Shown one piece after another: positions 1 through 12,084 of a stretch of 46,935 bases of DNA; positions within the stretch are counted from its first letter, which is position 1; each line of letters starts with the position of its first letter. The notes under the pieces were generated by a model that did not search any database, was not told the DNA's origin, and saw only the letters and a program-made list of their open reading frames with translations. The translations under genes were made by a program, and so were the position numbers. Origin of the DNA: Eledone cirrhosa (taxonomy: Eukaryota); NCBI GenBank assembly GCA_964016885.1, contig CAXHJY010000509.1, positions 1 to 46,935 on the forward strand, given 5' to 3'.

Positions 1-31
1 GTTATTATTATTAGTAGTAATAACAACGATT

Positions 32-340
32 TGGGTGAGAGAAGCAAGAATGGCCCGAGTGAATGGGCCTACTCTGAGTATGTGTCTGTAAATTAAAGGT
101 GGAAAACTGGGAGAGGGCACTTGCCTTGGTGGTCTTTTAATGGGCTTTCTCCACAAATTTCCCTCCGAAGTCTCCCCCCTATTGGGGAATTTTTCATTGT
201 TATTTTTTGTTACATCCTCTGTTTTTGTATTTTACACGCAGAAATGCCCATTTGTACCGTCCTGTACCGTCCTGTACCGTCCTGTACCGTCCTGCACTGT
301 CCTTAATGTCTACGTAAACCCTTGTGGTTAATAAAGAAAG
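32..340 (+). mobile_element. 5'-truncated LINE 3' end (last ORF codons, 3' UTR, AATAAA, (TAT/TAG)n tail); clade uncertain, possibly L1/Tx1-like
   Basis: Frame 32-91 reads WVREARMARVNGPTLSMCL*; T-rich UTR ends CCCTTGTGGTTAATAAAGAAAG then a TAT/TAG tail; a similar terminus lies on the minus strand at 36522-36570. Confidence 0.5.
253..302. repeat. 10-bp tandem repeat (TGTACCGTCC) x5
   Basis: Directly visible; last copy TGCACTGTCC. Confidence 0.95.
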
Positions 341-384
341 TATTATTAGTAGTAATATTATTATTATTATTAGTAGTAGTAGTA

Positions 385-586
385 GGGCGGTGGAGCGTCG
401 GACACCATGATTTGTAGCATAGAGTTACGGTCATTTACGGTCTGAGTTCAAATCCCGCCGAGGTTCACTTTGCCTTTCATCCTTACGAGGTCGATAAAAT
501 AAAGTACCAGTCATGCACTGGGGTCGATTTAATCGACTTTCCCCTCCGCCAAAATTGCTGGCCTTGTGCCTTAAGTAGAAGGCATT
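385..586 (+). mobile_element. tRNA-type SINE family A, long form
   Basis: B-box-like GAGTTCAAATCCC, core CTTTGCCTTTCATCC..GTCGATAAAATAAAGTACCAGT, palindrome GTCGATTTAATCGAC, 3' GGCCTTGTGCC..TAGAA; many homologues in the window. Confidence 0.85.
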
Positions 587-983
587 AGTAGTTGTAGTGG
601 TGATGTAACAGTAGTAGTAGTCGTAGTAGTAGTAGTAGTTGTCGTAGCAGTAGTAGTAGTGAGAACAGCAGTGGTGATGGTGGTGGTAGTATTAGATGTA
701 TGAATTGAGAAAAACGATGGTATGAATAACTGATAAAAATTGGAAAGCGCTGGATAAGATATATTGGTGTATCTAATTTCCTGCCTTGTGGGTCATAAGT
801 TTAACTGCAGCCGGGGGTCATCTTTCTGAGACCAGTGGTGATAAAATAAATTCAACTCCAGTAATAATCAATATATAGATTTCTGATGCTGTTTACCGCC
901 CCGTGATTTGTGCTGGTGTTGATAAGATTCGAGAGGAATCGATGGCTCTTGTGGTATCTCAGATTGCAGTATGTGTATGTATT

Positions 984-992
984 TATATATAA

Positions 993-1030
<38 letters not shown>

Positions 1031-1035
1031 GTATG

Positions 1036-1104
<69 letters not shown>
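984..1104. repeat. (TA)n microsatellite
   Basis: Directly visible. Confidence 0.95.
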
Positions 1105-1109
<5 letters not shown>

Positions 1110-1242
1110 TAACAGATTAAAGTTTAAGCAAAGAATCGCTGCTTTCACTCTTAACGGGGTCTTCTAAAACTCTATATTTCTTATATATTTGATATATATT
1201 TATCCTTTGGATTTTAGTCATCACATTTATTATTATTACTAT

Positions 1243-1305
1243 ATAAAGTACCAGTAATGCACTGGGATAATTGCTGGCCTTGTGCCAAAAGTAGAAATAA
1301 TTATT
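1243..1305 (+). mobile_element. SINE family A 3' fragment (short form)
   Basis: ATAAAGTACCAGTAATGCACTGGGATAATTGCTGGCCTTGTGCCAAAAGTAGAAA matches the 3' end of the 21369 copy. Confidence 0.8.
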
Positions 1306-1555
1306 ACTATATATATATATAATGTGTATAAATCGAAGTTGTAGCTGTAGTATAGCAATATGAACGCCCACCTTTTACATGAAAGACTCTTTCACATTTG
1401 TATTGTGTTGCAACCCGCCTGACACAGGGTAGAATTATACTGACTATAATAAGCCGAAATCGTAGTTAGGAAGGTTAGCTGAGGAAAGGGGAGGTTTGTC
1501 TGTATTTCATCCATTGCTTGCCACCGCCACATCGGCTCAGGCTGAATTATATAGT

Positions 1556-1864
1556 CCACCATCATCGCCATCAATAACAACACCCTCTCTATCACTATCA
1601 TCTCCGCCCATCACCACCAGCAACCACCATTACTACTACAATTATTACTACCATCAACATTTCACCATCATCACCAGCACCAGCACCATCCCCACTATTA
1701 TCACCATCACTACCACCAGCCCTACTTCCACCAGTCATCATCATCGCCATCATCACCATCATCACCATCACCATCATCATCACCATCATCACCACCATCA
1801 CCACCATCACCATCATCACCATCATAATCACCATCATCACCATCCTCGACACCACCACCACCAC
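1556..1864. repeat. (CAT/CAC)n trinucleotide low-complexity tract
   Basis: Directly visible; source of the poly-His pseudo-ORF. Confidence 0.9.
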
Positions 1865-1872
1865 GTATACGC

Positions 1873-1925
<53 letters not shown>

Positions 1926-2027
1926 AATATCTAACACAACACAATACAACAAACAAAAACATAGAAGCAATACTTGAATGTGTGTGTGTGTGTCACTTTC
2001 TCTCACACACACACATACACATACACA

Positions 2028-2078
<51 letters not shown>

Positions 2079-2454
2079 ACAACACAATACAACAAACAAA
2101 AACATACAAGCAATACTTGAATGTGTGTGTGAGTCACTTTCTCTCTCACACACACACACACACACAACCATCTAACAACACAACACAAGACAACAATAAA
2201 TAAAAACAAAGGCAGAATATATATATTTTTATATATATATTTTATAATTTATATAAATGTCTTTAAGTGTTTGTTTTGTATATTTCGTTATTTCTATAAA
2301 ATCGTTAAATTGTTGCAGTTTACTTCTAATAAAGGGAACATTGGGTAATTTAAAAGATGTTCAAGGGAGATAAATATGTTATAGTGAGCTTTTCTTGTAC
2401 TTTCTCATTTCGTTTATATATCCCATTAAATCAAAGTGGATTTTTCTAACTATG

Positions 2455-3030
2455 CGCATGTATATACGTATATATATATGTGTGTGTATGCGTATATCTG
2501 TGCGTGAGTCTGTGTATGCGTATGTGTGTGTGTGTGTATACGAATGTGTGCTGTGTGTGTGTATATACGTATATGCGTGTGTGTATGCGTATGTGTGCGT
2601 GTATGCGTATGTGTGCGTGTGTGTGTATGCGTATGTGTGTGTATGCGTATGTGTGTGTATACGAAAGTGTGCGTGTGTGTATACGTATGTGTGCGTGTGT
2701 GTGTATACGAATATGTGTCAGTGTGTGTATACGTATATGTGTGTATACGTGTGTGTGTGTGTATACGTATGTGTGTATACGTAAATATGTGCGTGTAAAT
2801 ATGCGTGTGTATATGTATATGCATGTTTCTACATAAACGCATGTGTTGGTGTAAATATGCGTGTGTATACGTATGTGTGTGTATACGTATGTGCGTGTGT
2901 TTTTAAGTATGCGTGTGTGTAAGTATGCGTGCGTATACGTATATGCGTGTGTGTGTGTGTCACTTTTTCTCACACACACACACATAGATGTATATGTAAC
3001 ATACGCATATATTTATAACTAATATAAGTG

Positions 3031-3077
<47 letters not shown>

Positions 3078-3192
3078 CTCTCACTCTCTCTCATTCTATC
3101 GCACGTACGCACGCGCGCGCGGCCATGACAAAATACATAATCCTTAACTCGAAAAACCTAAGATAAAGTATTATATATATATATATATCATA

Positions 3193-3238
<46 letters not shown>

Positions 3239-3380
3239 AATACGTATATATGTGTGTATATACGCATACGTATATATGTTTGTATATATATATGTGTCTG
3301 GTGTGTGTGTGTATATATATGTGTGTGTGTGTGTATATATGTATATATATATATATATGTGTGTGTGTGGTGTGTGTATT

Positions 3381-3418
<38 letters not shown>

Positions 3419-3453
3419 CATAAATACATACCACACACACCACACACATACAC

Positions 3454-3487
<34 letters not shown>

Positions 3488-3589
3488 GTGTATGTGTGTG
3501 GTGTGTGTGGTATGTATTTATGTATGTGTATATATATATATATATATATATACACATACATAAATACATACCACACACACCACACACAT

Positions 3590-3637
<48 letters not shown>

Positions 3638-3650
3638 GTGTGTGTGTGTA
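2455..3650. repeat. Compound (TG)n/(TA)n/(CA)n microsatellite field
   Basis: Directly visible; short unique interruption about 3076-3170. Confidence 0.9.
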
Positions 3651-3919
3651 TGGAAGACTAGAGGGGAAGTCTTCCGTCTCGAAGCGAGGTCTTCTCCCTG
3701 TCCCAGTTTCTACAATACCACACGACATTATTCCTATTGCTCCAACAAGTCACTTGACGTTCCATGAATGAGATTTCTGTTTAGATTTTACCATTATATG
3801 CCGTGTCCTCTCCAGAAGTTTCGATCGAGTGAATATATATGCTCTTAAATATATAGATAGATGGATAGATTGGTGTGTGTGTGTATACATGTGTTAGTGT
3901 ATGTGCGTGTACACACACT

Positions 3920-3985
<66 letters not shown>

Positions 3986-4053
3986 GAATTTCTACCGTGC
4001 ATTTAAGCTTTTACCATTTCGAAAGCAAGCGAATAAGAATTTTTGTGTGTATA

Positions 4054-4105
<52 letters not shown>

Positions 4106-4438
4106 ATACACAGACAAATTCTTATTCGTACAGACACGCACATATATATACACACATATACGCACATACATATATATACATTCTATTTTCTTTCCCATTA
4201 TGTTGTTCCAGTATCTGTAAGTTCAGCTCTAGCTAAATGACGTATAAACAATCACGTACCGACGCTGAATGGGCTTCGTAAATTAGTCAGTGAGGAGGTC
4301 ACAGAATGTGACGAAAGAGCTTTGACAACAAATAAACAACCATCCGGATATTAAACTAACCAAGTGGTAGTTTATAATAAATTGAAGTGAAAACCAACAG
4401 GTGCATGTGTTATTGGCAGCATGGCCCTCCCAAAGAAT

Positions 4439-4497
<59 letters not shown>

Positions 4498-4607
4498 TCA
4501 TATTATTATCGCTTCTATGACTCATCTTTTTAGTTGTGTAGGGTCTTCAGAATAAGATTCCTTGCATGATTAGTTTTCAAGTTGTGATCAATTGTGGATT
4601 TATAATG

Positions 4608-4666
<59 letters not shown>

Positions 4667-4667
4667 A

Positions 4668-4722
4668 CAGAAATAGCCGTCGAAACGGCTTGAGCTCTGT
4701 CGTCGGGGGTCATACTTTTTCC
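4668..4722 (+). repeat. Short interspersed repeat with AGCCGT-CGAA-ACGGCT hairpin; second copy inverted at 32057-32110
   Basis: CAGAAATAGCCGTCGAAACGGCTTGAGCTCTGTCGTCGGGGGTCATACTT versus reverse complement of the 32 kb copy CAGAATTAGCCGTCGAAACGGCTTGAGCTCTGCCGTCGGGGTCATACTT. Confidence 0.8.
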
Positions 4723-5162
4723 TATATATATATATATATATTGTGATTGCTCCTAGGTTTTTAAAGAGATAGGGAGCTGGCAAGAATGTGGAGAAATTTC
4801 ATGGACAATAAATAAATATATAAATATATATATAAATGTATATATATTGGGTCGGGGGAGGGCGGGGTTGTATATGTATACATTTTTTTCATTTATGTCA
4901 AAATATTGCCGTTTCTATGTGTGTTTATACAGGCATATATAAAGATATATACACCATGATCCCACCATATCTGTCAGGTTTTTAACACAAACCATATTTA
5001 CATGTTACATTGGTTATTGAACTCACCACACATATTGTGTGTGTTTGTGTGTGTGCGCACTTATATATATATGCATATATCTGTCTGTATGTATGCGTAT
5101 ATACATGCATATATGTGTAAATGTATGTATACATATGTATAGAACAGCACGTACGTTTTCGA

Positions 5163-5710
5163 TGACAACTACAATAGCAACAACCACAACAACGACAATA
5201 GCGGCAACAGCTCATCGACAGTAGCAACAACAACAGCAACAGCTCAACGACAGCAACAGCAAAAACAACAAAAACAACAACTCATCAACAGCTCAACGAC
5301 AACAACATCAACGACAGTAACAACAGCAACAGCTCAACAAAGACAGTAGCAGCAGTAACAGCAACAGCTCATCGACAACAACAACGACAGTAGCAACAAC
5401 ATCAATAGCAACGACAACAGCAGCAGCAACAACAGCAACAGCTCAACGACAACAACAGCTCAACGACAGTAGCAACAACAACAGCAACAGCTCATCGACA
5501 ACAACGACAGTAGCAACAACAGCAGCAACAACAACAGCAGCAATAACAACAGCAACAGCTCAACAGCAGCAGCACCAACAACAGCAACAGCTCAACAATA
5601 GTAACAGCAGCACCAACAACAGCAACAGCTCAACAGCAACAGCTCAGCAACAGCACCAGCACCAGCTCAACAGCAACAGCTCAACAACAACACCAACAAC
5701 AACAACAACA
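5163..5710. repeat. (CAA/CAG)n compound trinucleotide tract with recurrent ACAGCTCA motif
   Basis: Directly visible. Confidence 0.9.
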
Positions 5711-5807
5711 TTATCCATGCAATGTACTGAGATGTGGATATTTTCAAGGAGAAATTCCAGTTTGTTGAAATGCACAAATGCAGAAATTATTGCAGGATGA
5801 AGTAGGG

Positions 5808-6175
5808 ACACACACACACACACACACATACACACATACACACACACACACACACACACATACACACATACACACACACACACACACACACATACACACA
5901 TACACACACACACACACACATATATATACATACATACACAGATATGTACACACATACACACACATACATCACACACACACATATATGCACACAGATACAC
6001 ACACATACACACAGATATGCACACATGCATCATACAGATACACACACATACAACGTATGCAATACACACATCATCAGTCATACACACACATACACACGCG
6101 CACACGTATATTTATACACACAGCCACATCAACAGCATAAAAGACACACACAAACACACTCCCTGAAACACACTC

Positions 6176-6206
<31 letters not shown>

Positions 6207-6271
6207 TGCACCATGGACACACACACACTCCCTCAAACACTTACATATACACACACACTCTCTTCCCCCAG

Positions 6272-6323
<52 letters not shown>

Positions 6324-6343
6324 ACATACACACTCACACACAC
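5808..6343. repeat. (CA)n-rich microsatellite field
   Basis: Directly visible. Confidence 0.9.
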
Positions 6344-6351
6344 AGAGAAGA

Positions 6352-6450
6352 GAAAAGTGCATAAATGCATGTCATGTGCAAGTTTGCGGGGATCTGGAGT
6401 GTAGGTTGAAGTGGGTTTTAACGTTAAAATGCAGAACATGTAATGACGGG
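6352..6450 (+). pseudogene. Possible decayed LINE (RTEX-like) Cys/His finger fragment
   Basis: [29 protein letters not shown] loosely fits KCxxWVHxxCSGxxGxLxxxxxFxCxxC; motif resemblance only. Confidence 0.25.
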
Positions 6451-6534
6451 AAGAGTATAGCCTATAACATATGGAGGAATATTGGAGGATAGCAGACAAT
6501 AAGGGGCTTTCAAGTACTGTTAGTTCACTGTATA

Positions 6535-7150
6535 TGGTGGTGGTGGTGGTAGTGCTGTGGTGGTGGTGGTGTGGTGGTGGTAGTGGTGTGGTGGTAGTGT
6601 GGTGGTAGTGTGGTGGTTGGGGTGGTAGTGGTGGTGGTAGTGTGGTGGTGTGGTGGTAGTGTGGTGATTGGGGTGGTAGTGTGGTGGTGGTGTGGTAGTG
6701 TGGCAGTGTGGTGGTGGTGGTGGTGTGGTGGTGGTGGTAGTGTGGTGGTGGTGGTAGTGTGGTGGTGGTAGTGTGGTGGTGGTGTGGTGGTGATGATAGT
6801 TCACTATATAGTAGGGGGGGGTCACTATATAGGGTAGTGGTGGTGGTGTAGTGGTGATGGTGCTAGTTCACTATATAGGATGGTGGTGGTGGTGGTGGTT
6901 GTGGCATCTGCAGTCGTGGTGATGGTGACTGTGGCGGTTGTAATGGTGGTATTGGTGTTAGTATTGTGGTGATGGTGGTTGTGACGAGGGTTGTGGTGGT
7001 GGTGGTAGAGGTGGGGAAGGGCGGGTGTTGTGGTTGTGACGAAGTGTTCTCGAGGGTGTATTTCTGGTTTCGGTAATGGTTATAGCATTACTAGCAGCAG
7101 TAGTAGTACTAACAGTAGTAGTAGCAGTTTTAGTAGTAGCGGTGGTGGTT
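6535..7150. repeat. (GGT)n/(GGTAGTGT)n G-rich low-complexity tract
   Basis: Directly visible; recurrent embedded motif AGTTCACTATATAG. Confidence 0.9.
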
Positions 7151-7187
7151 GTTGCTGCTGTGTCTACACTACCGTTTCATATGTCCA

Positions 7188-7373
7188 TGGATTGGCAGTA
7201 TCGGTAGAGCGTCGGACGCCATGCTTTGCAGCATAGAGTTACGGCCCTTTATGATCTGAGTTCAAATCCCGCCGAGGTTAACTTTGCCTTTCATCCTTAC
7301 AGGGTCGATAAAATAAAGTACCAGTAATACACTGGGGTAATTGTTGGCCGTGTGCCAAAAGTAGAAACGATTA
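7188..7373 (+). mobile_element. SINE family A, near full length, short form
   Basis: A-box-like TGGCAGTATCGGTAGAGCG, B-box GAGTTCAAATCCC, core and 3' end present. Confidence 0.9.
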
Positions 7374-7392
7374 TATATATATATATCTATGT

Positions 7393-7533
7393 GCAGTGGA
7401 TTAGCAGTAATTAGTAGAGCGTCAGATACCAGACTTCGTGACATAGTTACGACCCTTTACCTTCTGATCCCGCCGAGGTTAGTTTTGATCTTCATTCTTA
7501 CGGTGGTTGATAAAATAAAGTACCAGTAACGCA
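7393..7533 (+). mobile_element. SINE family A, diverged, 3'-truncated tandem copy
   Basis: GCAGTGGATTAGCAG..TAGAGCGTC..CCCGCCGAGGTT..GATAAAATAAAGTACCAGT. Confidence 0.8.
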
Positions 7534-7536
7534 TAC

Positions 7537-7964
7537 TTACATACACATATATATACGCACATATATATATACACATATATACATACGCATATATACATAC
7601 GCATATATACATACACATATATACATACGCATATATACACACGCACATATATACATACACATATATACATACACATATATACATACACATATATACATAC
7701 ACATATATACATACACATATATACATACACATATATACATACACATATATACATACACATATATACATACACACATATACACGCACATATATACATACAC
7801 ACGCACATATATACATACACATATATATACATACGCATATATACATACACATATATACATACACATATATACACACACAAATATACACGCACATATATAC
7901 ACGCACATACATACACACACATATATATATACAGACATATATATACACACACACACACACACAA

Positions 7965-7997
<33 letters not shown>

Positions 7998-8005
7998 TGT
8001 ATATA
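7537..8005. repeat. About 14-bp (ATATATACATACAC)n microsatellite-derived array
   Basis: Period 14 visible at 7660-7770. Confidence 0.85.
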
Positions 8006-8511
8006 TAAACTAAAGTGATTACAGTATGTAGGAGTCGTTTTAGCCATTTAAAATCACACAAAAACTGTTAACTTTATATTTATAGTTTATTTCTTCGTAA
8101 ATAAGAGCGACGAAGATTATATATATGAGAGAGAGGGGTAACGCTCGGAAAGGTATATTTAATTTTAATCCTGTTGTGTATAGGAAAGATGTGAGAGAGT
8201 ATGTGGAATATGGTGGATGAATAATTGCCCCGAACGACGACAGCCCAGCTCCAGTGATGAATTGGTTTCCTAACCCTCTTCTTGGTCGATTTATTACCGA
8301 CTTAATCTTTAAACGAAGCGAGTTGAGATTTGAATTTTAAACTGGAAGTGGCGAAGAGTCACATGTTGCTTGTGCAATGAATCAAATGTAACCTAAACAA
8401 GTTTGAAAAACGAGATATTTTCCTACTTGTGTGGGGGAATATTATGAAATTATATCAAGTAAAAATAGATTCCAGCATAAGTACGAGGTCGCAAATTTGG
8501 AAGTAGTAATA

Positions 8512-8711
8512 GGTAGAGCATCGGATAACATGCTTTGCGGCATTTAGTTCCATTCCTTTACGTTCTGAGTTCAAATCCTACTGAGGTTAGCTTTGCATTT
8601 CATCCTTAAGGGTCGATAAAATAAAATACCAGTAACGAACTGGGATCGATTTAATCGACTTTCCCCTCCCCAAAATTTGTTTTTCTTGTGCCTAAGTCAG
8701 AAACCATTATT
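8512..8711 (+). mobile_element. SINE family A, long form
   Basis: GGTAGAGCATCGG..GAGTTCAAATCC..GGTCGATAAAATAAAATACCAGT..TCGATTTAATCGAC..CTTGTGCCTAAG; a further degenerate copy follows at about 8768-8851. Confidence 0.85.
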
Positions 8712-8862
8712 GAGAAGGTAAATTGATAATTCTTTAGACAGTCTGTCATACTGCATTCTATAATTTTGGCCCTTTATGATCCCAGATAAAATCCCACCAA
8801 AGTTAAATTTTGCTTTTCATTCTATCTGGACCTATAAGATAAATAACCAGTCCTATGTAATA

Positions 8863-9110
8863 GTGAAGCCGCGAAACCTAGGCGTAAGGGCGTTGGTCTT
8901 ACAATCATAAACTGGTAGGTTCGATTCTAGGACTAGGTTGTTTGTTGTGTTATTGAGCAAAATACTTCATTTCACGTTGCTCCAGTATATTCAGTATAGC
9001 TGAGGGGTTAAGCCTGCCATAGACTGGTGTCCTGTCCGGGAAGGAGGGGGGTGTATTCTGTCGTTTAACGCCTCAGTCACCTGGATAAGCACCAGGCTGA
9101 TGAGCCGCCT
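8863..9110 (+). mobile_element. tRNA-headed SINE family B, tail type 1
   Basis: B-box GGTTCGATTC, core TTGAGCAAAATACTTCATTTCACGTTGCTCCAGT, then CCTGCCATAGACTGGTGTCCTGTCC..GGATAAGCACCAGGCTGATGAGCC, resembling conserved Meta/V-type SINE segments (from memory). Confidence 0.75.
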
Positions 9111-9816
9111 CCGTGTGTGTGTGCTTTGAATGTATGTGTATGCTCTGTGTATGTGTGTACTCAGAATGTATATGTATTCTCTGTGTATGTGTGTGCTCTG
9201 AGTTCATCCTGTAATGTTGAAAAATGCGCCGTTCGTGTCCTTTGAAGTTCATGAACATTTTAATTTGGAGACTTTTTGTTCTGAGACAAAACCTGTTGCC
9301 GTCAATGTTATTTACTAGAGTTACTGTATTCCGATAGACTAGACAAAATGTATAGATGTGGGTTGAACTGGCAAAGTATATTTGTAAAATTAGTTTGATA
9401 GCTGAAATTGGGTAGGTAGATATACTCTTATGATATTAACTGAGTAGACAGATAGGCACGTTTTCTAAACGTAGACGGGAGTAGATACAATCTACAGATA
9501 ACGACTAGACAGAACAACATCCTCAATGGATAGTGACTGTATAAATAGACCCAGTTTGTAAATGGTGATTAAATAGACACGGTTTATAGAATTTGATTTG
9601 TTAAACTTGAGCCTAAATAACCATCAAAACAACAAATTAACCGGAAAGAGAATCAAGCAGACGACAAAATGGCTGCGACGGCAGATGTTTGTTTAAGCGT
9701 TAAAACCGATATTAAGTAAAAGACGTTGTAGTAAAATGGCGCCCACTCAAATGAATAGAAAAACAGGTATAATTTAGCACACATAATTTTGTACTGTGTA
9801 TTTATGTAGCTGTTAG

Positions 9817-10405
9817 ACATCATCTTCATCATCATCATCACCATCTTTGTCATCATTACCACCATCATCATCAATATCATCACCGCCACCACCAGCATCA
9901 CCGTCACCACCATCATCACCGTCACCACCACCATCATCATCTCCACAATCACCACCATCAGCATCACCACCATCATCACCACCATCACCATCACCACCAT
10001 CATCACCGTCACCACCATCATCACCGTCACCACCACCACCATCATCTCCACAATCACCACCATCAGCATCACCACCATCATCACCACCATCATCACCATC
10101 ACCTTCACCATCATTATCATCATGATCAATATCACCATCATCATCACCTTCACCATTATTATCATCACCATCATTATCACCATCACCATCATCACCTTCA
10201 CCATCATTAAAACCTTCACCATCATCACCTTCACCATCATTATCATCACCATCACCTTCACCACCTTCACCATCATTATCACCTTCACCATCATTATCAC
10301 CATCACCATCATCACCATCATCACCATCATCACCATCATCACCATCATCACCATCACCATCAATACCATCACCACCATCATCATCATCTCCATCATCATC
10401 ATAAC
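9817..10405. repeat. (CAT/CAC)n tract with internal higher-order duplication
   Basis: Directly visible; the SSPQSPPSASPPSSPP block occurs twice in the ORF track. Confidence 0.9.
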
Positions 10406-10880
10406 CATTTCGCTCTTTCCTTTATCTTTTGCCTGAAGTGTGAATTCATTCAAGACAGGACTGAATAGTTTGGCTGCCATTTTTAATAAGTGGCAGCTCT
10501 ACTATCCGTTCGGTTGAAATAAATTAACAACCTTCTGAATTCAAAGCATGCCAGCGTCTGTTACTCAACATCGATCATGAGAAATACAAATAAATTCTCA
10601 AAGAAATTAGCAAAAAAACGAGGAAAATAAAACTTAATATATTCACATCCACCCATACGTACGTATACACATACTCTCACATATATGTAAATGTGTATAC
10701 ACATGTGTATATATGTGTGTGTCTGTGTGTGTATATATTTATGTGTGTGTGGTGTTATATATATATATATATATATATATAAAATCAAGGTCTAGCAAAT
10801 AGAGAAAATGTTTTAAAATAAATTTCAAAAAATTCGCAGTACTTACTATATGTGCCTTTACCGCGGTTTCATGGTCCAGA

Positions 10881-10884
<4 letters not shown>

Positions 10885-10919
<35 letters not shown>

Positions 10920-10934
10920 TATATATATATAGAG

Positions 10935-11005
<71 letters not shown>

Positions 11006-11190
11006 TATATATATATATAGACATATTTATATATATATATATATAGACATATATATATATAGACATATATATATATAGACATATATATATATATATATAT
11101 ATAGACATATATATATATATATATAGACATATATATATATAGAGACATATATATATATATATATATAGACATATATATATATATATAGAC

Positions 11191-11221
<31 letters not shown>

Positions 11222-11240
11222 TATATATATATATATATAC
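10885..11240. repeat. (TA)n punctuated by AGAC, plus (AG)n
   Basis: Directly visible. Confidence 0.9.
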
Positions 11241-11344
11241 AGACACAGAAATGTAGTCGCTAGACAAAGTAGAAGTGAATGAAACTACAAATCAGTTTGT
11301 CAAAAATCTTCCAAGTCTGTTGTTGTTTTATATATCGATTATAC

Positions 11345-11730
11345 TGGTGGTTATTGGTGTATTGATGATGATGATGGTTATAAAGATGACATTGATGATG
11401 GTGGTGGTGATGATGGTGAAGTATTGACGAGGATGATGATGATGATAAAGATGACATTGGTGATGGTTGTGGCGATGATAAAGATGATGATGATGATGGT
11501 GATAAAGATGATATTGATGATGATGGGGACGATGATGGTACAGATGACATTGATGATGGTGGTGATGATGATGGTGGTAAAGATGACATTCATGATGGTG
11601 ATGATGATGATGATGATTATCATGATGGTGATGATGATGATGATCACGATATCGATGAAGAGGATAATCGGCATTGTAATGATTATGCCGATGGTGGTAG
11701 ACGGTTACAACGACGATGATGATGATGATG
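11345..11730. repeat. (GAT/GGT)n tract
   Basis: Directly visible. Confidence 0.9.
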
Positions 11731-11888
11731 AAATAGAAGAGAACACAGAGAAAGAAGAGGATGATGTGTATAAGCACCAACAGTTTTGCAAGAGATGTCA
11801 ACATAAATGGACCTGTTATATTTATCTAAAGACATTTCTTCTAAGTCCAACCCACCCGTCCCTTCAATCTATCTTATTTCTCATTCTT

Positions 11889-11924
11889 TCTTCTGAAGAA
11901 GGACTAGCGTCCGAAACATTAAGA
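11889..11924 (+). ncRNA. Minimal type-I hammerhead ribozyme-like motif (Penelope-like pLTR type), probably degenerate
   Basis: TCTT-CTGAAGA-A-GGAC(TAGC)GTCC-GAAAC-ATT-AAGA: CUGANGA box, 4-bp stem II, GAAA box, stem I TCTT/AAGA. Confidence 0.55.
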
Positions 11925-12026
11925 CCCCCTTCCTGCTATATCAAGCGTTAACCTAATATATTCCTTCCATATACTGTACCGAATGTGTTGTTATTTCTGT
12001 TTACCTTTTACACACACACACACACA

Positions 12027-12084
<58 letters not shown>

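Noticed and set aside
3651-3765. TGGAAGACTAG matches the first 11 nt of miR-7, with a loosely star-like CAACAAGTCACTTGACGTTCCA downstream
   Set aside because: The rest of mature miR-7 is absent; the 5' part pairs locally with AGTCTTCC in an 8-bp stem and no precursor-sized hairpin forms
4212-4216. Candidate 5-nt microexon (TTCCAG|TATCT|GTAAGT)
   Set aside because: Good splice-like signals but frame-shifting, with no flanking exons identified; needs RNA-seq junctions
7188-7275. tRNA gene suggested by A and B boxes
   Set aside because: No cloverleaf; continues into a SINE body repeated many times in the window
9320-9600. Recurrent TAGAC/TAGAT motifs suggesting an ancient minisatellite
   Set aside because: The period could not be fixed by eye; would need Tandem Repeats Finder at permissive settings
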